Positions 38,705-47,595 of a DNA stretch of 64,000 bases are shown piece after piece. Each line of letters starts with the position of its first letter. Position 1 is the stretch's first letter. Source of the stretch: Candidatus Cloacimonadales bacterium (lineage in GTDB: Bacteria > Cloacimonadota > Cloacimonadia > Cloacimonadales > DAONDQ01). Made by a program: the position numbers and the translations under genes. The notes under the pieces were generated by a model, which did no database searches, had not been told where the DNA came from, and saw only the letters and a program-made list of their open reading frames with translations. The stretch lies in assembly GCA_963662275.1 (NCBI GenBank), contig OY759316.1, forward strand, positions 1,952,001-2,016,000. Reading direction: 5' to 3'.

Positions 38705-39670
38705 TTTACAAGCAGGACGGTAAGTTTATACGAAAGCTGAGGATTTGGAGTTCAAATTTCCATCGAATCTACTACGACTTCTCAAGTAAAAGGAAATTCG
38801 GACTTTCTGAATCTGATAATAAGAAGTATGAAGTCCACTCATCCTTTTAGCTAATCCCAATAGATAGATACGAAGGATGAATGAACTCCAAACTTCCAGA
38901 AAGCAGAGAATCAAACTCTCCCCTACCCCTCCCTTTATCCAAAGGGAGGGAAATCAGACCGGGTGCTGACTTGTACCATTCCTCCCTTTGGATAAAGGGA
39001 GGTGGCACTTTAGTGTCGGAGAGTTTGATTCTGAGGTTTTGGAGTTCAATTGCCCTAAACAAATCATCAATGAATACCTGACTAAAAGGGCAAGTGGACT
39101 TCATAATCGACCTTTCATCCTCGGTAGCGAAAATCATTATCTAGGAAGTTCAATACAGAGTAGCTTCAACTATCTGTTTCTGCAATGCCAATCTTCAATC
39201 TTCCATTTTCCATCTTAAATTCTGCAACCTCTGCCAAATCTTCAATTTTAAATCTTAAATAATTTCAAATTTATTTGAAATACTCCCTCCTATATGGCAG
39301 AAGGTGACAGCTAACAGGTAACAGCCGACAGGTTCAGAACACAGAAGAAAATGCCTCAGAAAGCAACTTCGAACTTCGCACTTCGTACTTCCAAATAAGT
39401 CTCATGGAAGATAAAAAATACATAAAAGAAATAAAAACTAAAGAAAATCTAAGGAAAATCTAAAAAAGTCTAGATGATCCCTAGATGATCCCTAGATGAA
39501 ACCCAGCTCATATTTTCAGTGGAAAATATGAGAATTAAAAAGTAAAAGTGAAAAATTAAAAATTACAGATGAAAGAGTCGAGATTCGCGGAAGTAAATCC
39601 GTCTGTTCTTCATCCCCCATTGAGAAGGGGGGTAGGGGGGTCTATTTTGTGAACTGTTTCCTGTTCGCTG
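38705..39670. repeat. About 1 kb intergenic mosaic of structured repeats
   Basis: Three 65 bp stem-loops, ATCAAACTCTCC...GGAGAGTTTGAT inverted repeat, several heptamer tracts, 11-mer CTAGATGATCC repeats. Confidence 0.75.
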
Positions 39671-40123
39671 TTAGCTTCTGCTCCGGTATTGCAAAATTCT
39701 TCTCATATCTTTTCGCACTAGCATCGGACAATTAGGAAGTTCATCATAGATCAAGTCCAGTCTATGTTGAGAAATTGGTTGTAGGAATTGGATTTTACCA
39801 TCTATTAATTTCTTCTGTAAATCGCTTTTAGTTACTTTATAAATCCGATATAATTGAATCATTGTGTCCTTAGAAAAACTACTTTCTGTATTAGCTTCAA
39901 TGAAGATACCAGGAAGATCATAGAATTTATATTCTCGTTCAATGTTAGAAGTAGTAAACAGGAATAACGATTCTTCATTGTCATCATTACAGATTACGAT
40001 TAGCCTTTTGTCTGTAGGTGTTCCACCATCTGTATATTCAACATCCAACATCCTAATAACAGTTCCAGCTATGAATAATTGAGTAAGCTGTTCTTCAATA
40101 GTTGGTGTGGAAGTATTCATCAA
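39671..40123 (-). CDS. Putative PemK/MazF-like toxin
   Basis: G.VI....EYTDG...DKR.IVI...TTS pattern; ATGA overlap with the upstream Panacea gene. Confidence 0.55.
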   Translation of the reverse strand: MMNTSTPTIEEQLTQLFIAGTVIRMLDVEYTDGGTPTDKRLIVICNDDNEESLFLFTTSNIEREYKFYDLPGIFIEANTESSFSKDTMIQLYRIYKVTKSDLQKKLIDGKIQFLQPISQHRLDLIYDELPNCPMLVRKDMRRILQYRSRS

Positions 40124-40671
40124 TGAAATATAAGGTTTATTTCTTTATCGGTTCGTTCCATTTCTCTATTAATTTCTATAAGCTCTTCTCGTTGTTCCGC
40201 ACTTAACTCATGGGCAATTTTATCTATGGTAATTTCTGCACTAATTGGAGTATGAATCCAGGCATATTCTTTATGTGTGTAATCAACTAACTGATTCGCA
40301 GGTACGCTGCCGTATTGCTCCAAAACCTGGTTTAAGCAATCCAGTTCTGATTCAGAAAATTCATCCTCATCAATTGGTTCGATACAACTTAAAGTCCTTA
40401 ATTTATTTGGAGCAAATTCAAGATGCTGTGATAAATAGTTTTTTGTGTGTTCTGATAGCATCTCAGAAGAATAATCAATAAAATTCAGAATATCTTTCGC
40501 TACAGGACCATAACTCCATTTATAGTATTTTACACCAGTGATAGATCTGCCATATTTTAATAAGTGAAATTTGTCTGCAAAATAGATCAGTTTCAACACT
40601 TTCAATTTGGTTACTCGAGGTATTTTACTCGAAATGTACGTAAGCACATTGATTATCTTCCTATCGTCCAT
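40120..40671 (-). CDS. Panacea (DUF4065/SocA-like) antitoxin
   Basis: TKLKVLKLIYFAD...G..ITG..Y..W.YGPV...L...TH...AW motif. Confidence 0.85.
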   Translation of the reverse strand: MDDRKIINVLTYISSKIPRVTKLKVLKLIYFADKFHLLKYGRSITGVKYYKWSYGPVAKDILNFIDYSSEMLSEHTKNYLSQHLEFAPNKLRTLSCIEPIDEDEFSESELDCLNQVLEQYGSVPANQLVDYTHKEYAWIHTPISAEITIDKIAHELSAEQREELIEINREMERTDKEINLIFH

Positions 40672-41302
40672 AATACCTCCCTAACGTCCACCTATTAACA
40701 TAATTTAATATAATATAATTGTGCAATGAATATTCCAAAGTTAATTAGGTCAAGGCTTTTTGTTTTGTTCTGCTCTAGTCTCTATCATCTTCTGCAATGC
40801 CCTGTCAGCTATCAGCTATAAGCTTCTGCACTGCCAATTCTTAATTCTTCACTCTTAATTCTTAATTAAGCGAAGCGTTAAGCCTTCTGCCAGTCTGCCA
40901 ATTCATCGCATTTCACTTGTTTCAATCCTTGTTATGATGGATAGTGGTTATAGACCTGTCCGCTGTACCCTGTCCGCTGTCCGCTTCTGGTGAGTTTCAA
41001 TCCTTGTTATGATGGATAGTGGTTATAGACGGTAAGTATCTGCATCCATAAAATAGTCATATCCTTGTTTCAATCCTTGTTGCATATTCCGCTCAGAAAA
41101 GCCACCTTGTCCGATTAAGTTGAGCCAGTGCTCCACTATAATTGAGCCATACTATATTGTCTTTTTGAGCCACACTACGTATCTGATCGCCATATAACAT
41201 AATATCTGCAGTGTTTGGCAAGATTCTGTTCCGGCTGCTGCGGAGAGAGGACGTAGTCCGAGCGAAGCAGCAGCCGGAACGTTGCGCCTAATGGGCAATA
41301 GG

Positions 41303-42058
41303 CTATTTTCTATTGATTTGTTTTATTCCCTTGCGTTCTCTCATTGACATCTTCCCATCGATAAATATATGGTGAGAGTTATGAACAAGCCGGTCAAGGA
41401 TGGCATCAGCGAGAGTGGGTTGTCCAATCTTCTCGTGCCATCCTCCGGTTTTGAACTGAGAGCACAAGACCGTAGATGCTTTGGAATACCTCATCTCGAC
41501 TATTTCAAAGAGATCTTTAGCTTCCTGTTCGTTTATCCTGGTTAACAGCCATTCATCAAGTATCAGCAGTTTAGCATTGGCATATCTGTCTATGACTCTT
41601 TGATGCCCGCCTTCACAACGACTAACAGCGAGGTCATCCAACAGTTCAGGCAGGCGGACGTATTTTACAGTGAAGTATTTCTTGCAGGCAGCTATGCCAA
41701 ATGCGCAAGCCAGCCATGTTTTACCGCTTCCCGATGCTCCGGTGATGATGATATTCTCATTCTCTCCAATAAAAGAACATGACGCCAATTCAACGATTGC
41801 ACTACGATCAAGTTTCCTGTCTTCATGGTAGTCAATATCTGCTATACTCGCATTACTGAACTTGAAGCCGGCACCGTGAATCAGACGTTTAAGCCTATTA
41901 TTCTTGCGCTTATCCCATTCTATATCAACCAGCATGCCAAAGCGCTCGTCAAAGCTGTAGTTTTCCAGTGATTTATCGTTAACCTGATTTCGGTAGGCAT
42001 CTGCCATGCCATTTAACAGCATCTCTCGAAGTTTAATGATAGTAGTATTATTAGTCAT
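41303..42058 (-). CDS. istB: IS21 helper ATPase
   Basis: GASGSGKT, LLILDE, DAILDRL. Start taken at MTNNTT. Confidence 0.92.
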   Translation of the reverse strand: MTNNTTIIKLREMLLNGMADAYRNQVNDKSLENYSFDERFGMLVDIEWDKRKNNRLKRLIHGAGFKFSNASIADIDYHEDRKLDRSAIVELASCSFIGENENIIITGASGSGKTWLACAFGIAACKKYFTVKYVRLPELLDDLAVSRCEGGHQRVIDRYANAKLLILDEWLLTRINEQEAKDLFEIVEMRYSKASTVLCSQFKTGGWHEKIGQPTLADAILDRLVHNSHHIFIDGKMSMRERKGIKQINRK

Positions 42059-43603
42059 TTTCGTTTCTCCCGTAGTAACCTGATTCCCGGCTGATGGCAT
42101 ACTCTGAGCTTTGCACCGCTTCAGCATCATTATCGGTGCTTCTCTTCTGTTCATTTGAGTTTAGAATAGTCTTGATGATCCTGTAACTCGGATTTGGCGT
42201 GTAGCTTAATGCTCGTTGACAGGCACTTTCCAAATTTTGACAACCATACTTTTTTGAAGCGCTTAGCACAGCCATGCAAGTGCGATAACCTTGCTGTTCA
42301 ACCCGGCATGATCCCAGGATTGACTTGATTACCAACTCAGTGCTTGTTCCAATAGTACAAGCCCAGTCAACAAAACTTTCTGCATCCCATTTACGGTATT
42401 CCTGATGATCCCTGGGCATATGCTCGGCATTGGTCTGATATCGCTCAGAGTTTCCCTCCAAGCCCCTGTGGGAGGCTATTCTGACTGAATTGTAAAAGAC
42501 CTCCACCACCCTGGCGGTTAGGCGAATATCCACTTTGTGGTGGATATATTCATAAGGCACTGAATAATACTTCTTATCAACCATAATGTGATAGTTGTAA
42601 CCAACCGTTGCTGTAGCCCATGTAGCCAGTTCATAAGCCGCCTCCGGCAAGGGAAGCAGCTGCTCTCGTTCTTCTTGCCAAAATACGCTTTCACGGGAGC
42701 CATCTTTGACCTGGAAAGGCTGAAAGGCTTACTGTTAAATTCAGCCAACTTTTCCCTGATTGCCTTATTGAGTTCTCTAAGCGAGAAGAAACTCCTGTTG
42801 CGAAGAGCAGCCAGAATCCAGGTCGAGATAATACCTACTGTCCCTTCAGCACTTGCCTTATCCTTGGGATGCCTGACCCTGGCAGGGATGACCACTGTAT
42901 TGTAGTAATTAGCCAGTTCATTATATGTCCTGTTGATTACACTGCCTCCACTGGATACCCGCTCCACACCAGTCTTGAGGTTGTCAGGTACCAGTATTTT
43001 TGCCACTCCGCTCATATATTGAAAACAGTTTACATGAGCCTGAATCCAGTTACACAGACTCATATTGGGAAGTGCTTCAACATAAGCATAGCCACTATAG
43101 GGCAAAACAGCGACAAAGACTGGAACTTTAAGCTGTGCCCCGGTAAGATTGTTTGTCAAATACGCAGATTGACCTGCCCAATCAACCTCAAGCTTCTCAC
43201 CCGGCTTGTGATGAATGCGCATGGTTGCCTTGGTTTGATGAGCATATTCCGTGTAAAGCTCGCAGAATCGACTGTATTGATAGGGTATCGTCTGATTCTG
43301 ACGGCATAACTCCGAATATTCATGCCATAACAACGACAAGGTTACACCGCTTTTACCCAATTCCTTGTGAATATGCTCAAAATCAGGCATCCTGCGACAA
43401 CCTTCGATATTTACAATGGGAAATAGCATCTTCCCCAATTCCCTGTCACTAATTGTATCAGAAATTGGCCAGAAAACAGCTTGTTGGGCTGCTGCCCTCA
43501 GCACCTTGGATACGGTATTGCGGGAGCACGGCAGGCTTTGAGCAATATTCCTTTCACTAATTCCTTGCGCCTGTAAACGCAAGATTTCTCGATAATTGGT
43601 CAT
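42051..43603 (-). pseudogene. istA: IS21 transposase, frameshifted
   Basis: VDWAG, PDNLK and PKDKASAE DDE motifs. The tandem duplication GAAAGGCT (42714-42729) splits it into two ORFs. Confidence 0.9.
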
Positions 43604-45184
43604 TTTGTGACCTCCATTGTGTTATTTGCGCTCTTCAGCGCATTGCCACATGGTTAATCACACTCTGATTTATGCAAGGTGGCTCAAAGTAGAATATTCC
43701 CTGGCTCAATTATAGTGGAGCACTGGCTCAACTTGGGAATACTCATGGCTCAAATTCATAATATTATTCAACTTGTTATGATGGATAGTGGTTATAGACC
43801 GTGTCCTCTACTTTTAACAAGTTTAGGTACTCTACGTTTCAATCCTTGTTATGATGGATAGTGGTTATAGACGCTAAGTTATTGATAGTCAAGAAGTTAG
43901 AAATGAGTTTCAATCCTTGTTATGATGGATAGTGGTTATAGACAAATGTGACCACTGAATGCTTAGCAATGTAGAAAATGTTTCAATCCTTGTTATGATG
44001 GATAGTGGTTATAGACTTCACAGGAATTTCGTATGTATGAATATTTTTAACAAGTTTCAATCCTTGTTATGATGGATAGTGGTTATAGACCCTTATCCAT
44101 TTTCTTCATACTTGCCACGTTTTCTAAGTTTCAATCCTTGTTATGATGGATAGTGGTTATAGACATTCCTTGTCACTTCTATTAGTAGCTGGTTCAAATA
44201 TGTTTCAATCCTTGTTATGATGGATAGTGGTTATAGACTCCTTGCTTTGTTTGGCAGTTTCAAGAATTGACATGTTTCAATCCTTGTTATGATGGATAGT
44301 GGTTATAGACAATACATATTTTTACTTATGAAGATTTGATAGAATGTTTCAATCCTTGTTATGATGGATAGTGGTTATAGACGGAATTAACTTCTTTATT
44401 GGCAATTCTTGAAACTGTGTTTCAATCCTTGTTATGATGGATAGTGGTTATAGACAAATGTATTCAAAGTAACACTACCAGAACTAGTGAAGTTTCAATC
44501 CTTGTTATGATGGATAGTGGTTATAGACCTTAAAAGTAAGTTGTCAACTGAATTGCAAAATCTGGTTTCAATCCTTGTTATGATGGATAGTGGTTATAGA
44601 CGGAGATGTTATGGACACTGACACTGACATTACAATGTTTCAATCCTTGTTATGATGGATAGTGGTTATAGACTTCAGTTGTGGTTCTGGAGTTACCATA
44701 ATTGAAAGAAGTTTCAATCCTTGTTATGATGGATAGTGGTTATAGACGCTTCATTCTCTGAGGGAGTTTGATGCAGAATACCGGTTTCAATCCTTGTTAT
44801 GATGGATAGTGGTTATAGACGAAATCAGTTGCATGTTCGAGCAGGGTATTGACATGTTTCAATCCTTGTTATGATGGATAGTGGTTATAGACACGCTAAT
44901 ACATAGACGGCAAATGATCCTGTGATTAGTTTCAATCCTTGTTATGATGGATAGTGGTTATAGACTTCATTCCACACCAACTACAATCATCGTTACAAAC
45001 ATGTTTCAATCCTTGTTATGATGGATAGTGGTTATAGACTTACGATTGGAATGACATTGGCTATATAAGAGGTCAGTTTCAATCCTTGTTATGATGGATA
45101 GTGGTTATAGACAGGAATAAATCCGATAATGGTTATATATCAGGAAGGTTTCAATCCTTGTTATGATGGATAGTGGTTATAGAC

Positions 45185-45414
45185 TCGTCTGGATGCTCAA
45201 ACACAAGTAAGACAAGCAATTGTCTTCAAAACTCAGAAGAGGATAACACGAGTAAATAACCAAAAATAGCATAAAAACTCCTTATTTTCTTTGTATCGGA
45301 CATATTTTAACACTCTATATACCAGTCAAATAACAAATCATTTCAAATAAAGTCAATAAATATCTCTCGGAAAATAAACTCGAATTCCCTAAGATTGGAA
45401 TCTTAGACCACGAT
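45185..45414 (-). promoter_or_regulatory. CRISPR leader
   Basis: AT-rich non-coding stretch on the cas side, upstream of the array in the ATTGAAAC orientation. Confidence 0.65.
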
Positions 45415-45530
45415 ATAGCAGGAACGGCGTCCTACTCTATGCAGATAGCAGGAACGGCGTCCTACTCTACGCAGATAGCAAGAACGGCGTCCTACTCTAC
45501 GCAGATAGCAAGAACGGCGTCTTGCTTTAC
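45415..45530. repeat. Four tandem 30 bp GTAG-type REP units
   Basis: ATAGCA(G/A)GAACGGCGTCCTACTCTA(T/C)GCAG repeated; the last unit has the covariant AGCAAGA..TCTTGCT. Confidence 0.85.
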
Positions 45531-45531
45531 A

Positions 45532-46125
45532 TTACTTATCGCATAGATTGCGATAACAGCAATCCTGGCAGCGGACTTTACTTGTGGAAGCACCCGGATA
45601 CCAGGCATAGTTAATGATCCGAAAGACATCATCTACTATCTTCAACGTCTGTTTCTTAAGTTTATCTGTGATCTTTAATTCTTCCAGATGATTATTACTG
45701 CGAATATAGACGATATAGGCTTTTTCCACTTTTTTACTGAACATCTCTTCTGCAAGCAGGGCATACATAGTCTGTTGGATTCTGAATGTGGAGAATATCT
45801 TGTCTTTCCATTCTGCATATTTATAATCCAATATCGCAGCATTTCCATCAGCAAGGAAAAGCACTTCATCAGCTATACCAACCATTTTCAATTTCTCAGA
45901 ACTCATATAGACATTCAGTTCTTTTCCGATACTTCCAATTTTCTGACGAAGGTAATCTTTATTGGTCACCAGTTTTCTTTCATGCAGAGTCCGTCCTTTT
46001 TGAACAAGGGTTCTTCTTTGTTCATGTTGGTCAATTTTCAAGACGTTCAGGTAGTAGGTGAACCTCGGACAGAAAAGGTATTCTATCACATCAGAGGGGG
46101 TGATGAAGGTGAAAAGTTCAGACAT
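45532..46125 (-). CDS. cas4: CRISPR-associated Cas4
   Basis: FCPR, G..D...DYK, Q..Y, C..C.Y...C. Confidence 0.92.
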   Translation of the reverse strand: MSELFTFITPSDVIEYLFCPRFTYYLNVLKIDQHEQRRTLVQKGRTLHERKLVTNKDYLRQKIGSIGKELNVYMSSEKLKMVGIADEVLFLADGNAAILDYKYAEWKDKIFSTFRIQQTMYALLAEEMFSKKVEKAYIVYIRSNNHLEELKITDKLKKQTLKIVDDVFRIINYAWYPGASTSKVRCQDCCYRNLCDK

Positions 46126-46185
46126 TGTAAACCTTCATTCTGAGAGGATAAACACATGGGTTTATCCCTACATTGATAACATTAT

Positions 46186-46479
<294 letters not shown>

Positions 46480-46611
46480 CTATCCTTCTTTTAAATCTTC
46501 CATCTTATATTCTCATGGCTATCTCCGGTACATTTCGATACGATTTCTCCTTCGTCGAAATCACTCAATGAACCTTCTTCTCTGCAATTTTTCATTTTTA
46601 ATTCTTAATTT

Positions 46612-47595
46612 TTAATTCTCTAAGTCTTCCCTTTTTCCAATGAGCGTATTCGCGAAGGCATGAGCGCTAGCCTGGACGGATTGAATTCTTTTCATATTCT
46701 TATTACCCACACGAATGATCTCATCAAAGTACTCCATCAATGCTGGTACTAATAGTTTCTTGCCACTGTCATTCAGTGTAACTCCGTTATTGATTGTTTC
46801 GATGTTCTCATCTGTTACTTTATGACGTGAAAACAAATAGAATACAGGTTCTTCAATAATTATCCGAAATGGTTCGATGAAATCATAGACGAGAGAGACT
46901 TTGTTGTAGTTGTCCGTATGCAGGAATCCGATATAAGGGTCTAATCCTGCTATGATAAGAGCTTTCTCCACTTTCCCATACAAGATGCCATACCCGTAAT
47001 TCAGGAAAGCGTTAAACGCATCTTTTGCAGGGCGGGAACTCCTCCCCTCAAACTGATACTTATCAGGTATTAATTGAGATAAGCATTTGAAGTATGTCTT
47101 TCCGGCATTTCCTTCATATCCCATTAAGGTCGGTCCAATCAATTCAGGACATCCTTTCAATTCGCCAATCTTATTTCCGAAATCCCGGATACTGGTAATT
47201 TCTTTCTCCAAATCCACTTCACTTCGCTTGGAAACGAGTTTTGCTATTAAGGAAGCCTGATTCCTTACTTTTGAAGAAACCCATTTCTTAACAAACTCTG
47301 CCCCAGCATCAGTAACACTGATTTCCAGAAGCTTACGTCTAATGAAAGTTGTACTACCTAATTTAGGAAACCACACCCTGCCATAGGGATTACCAAATTC
47401 ATCAAGGAACAGAATATCAATGTTATGATCCATCGCCAGCTTGATCACATCCGAAGTAATCATGACGCCGTTGCAGATAATGATGGAACTGACCTTTTCC
47501 GGTGATATCTTCTTCTTATCATTCCCATTCTGTATTTCAAACATGTCTGCTGTCTTATGCAGCATTGTTCCGTAGGTGGTGATGTAGAGTTCCAT
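46612..47595 (-). CDS. cas1: CRISPR-associated Cas1
   Basis: MGYEG.A...YF, NAFLNYGY, GLDPYIGFLH, DFIEPFR; TAATG coupling to cas3. Confidence 0.95.
   Translation of the reverse strand: MELYITTYGTMLHKTADMFEIQNGNDKKKISPEKVSSIIICNGVMITSDVIKLAMDHNIDILFLDEFGNPYGRVWFPKLGSTTFIRRKLLEISVTDAGAEFVKKWVSSKVRNQASLIAKLVSKRSEVDLEKEITSIRDFGNKIGELKGCPELIGPTLMGYEGNAGKTYFKCLSQLIPDKYQFEGRSSRPAKDAFNAFLNYGYGILYGKVEKALIIAGLDPYIGFLHTDNYNKVSLVYDFIEPFRIIIEEPVFYLFSRHKVTDENIETINNGVTLNDSGKKLLVPALMEYFDEIIRVGNKNMKRIQSVQASAHAFANTLIGKREDLEN

Larger units (their letters stand above)
41081..43770 (-). mobile_element. IS21-family element inserted inside a CRISPR repeat
   Basis: TG...CA ends; subterminal AAGTTGAGCCAGTGCTCCACTATAATTGAGCCA inverted repeats; CTTGT duplicated (CCTTGT / ACTTGT). 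Confidence 0.92.
40919..45184 (-). CRISPR. CRISPR array with a 37 bp repeat (plus strand GTTTCAATCCTTGTTATGATGGATAGTGGTTATAGAC); 22 repeats, one split by IS21; 21 spacers of 34-38 bp
   Basis: Repeats at 40919 and 40994, split repeat 41067-41080 / 43772-43799, then 19 repeats from 43836 to 45184. The minus-strand repeat ends in ATTGAAAC. Confidence 0.97.

Noticed and set aside
42518..42730. Programmed frameshift in istA
   Set aside because: The shift is explained by an 8 bp duplication, and no slippery heptamer is evident.
43679..43861. Short ORFs over IS ends, repeats or antisense to long genes (e.g. 10043-10732, 21111-21341, 38847-39137, 56880-57145)
   Set aside because: Shadow or repeat-derived frames with no recognisable motifs.
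43873..43906. Spacer similarity to 659-678 (GTTATTGATA...AAGTTAGAA)
   Set aside because: Needs a multi-base gap in AT-rich sequence; not a credible protospacer.
45415..45530. 30 bp and 50 bp tandem units (also 56907-57106) as mini CRISPR arrays
   Set aside because: No unique spacers and no similarity to the array repeat; they match dispersed REP units.
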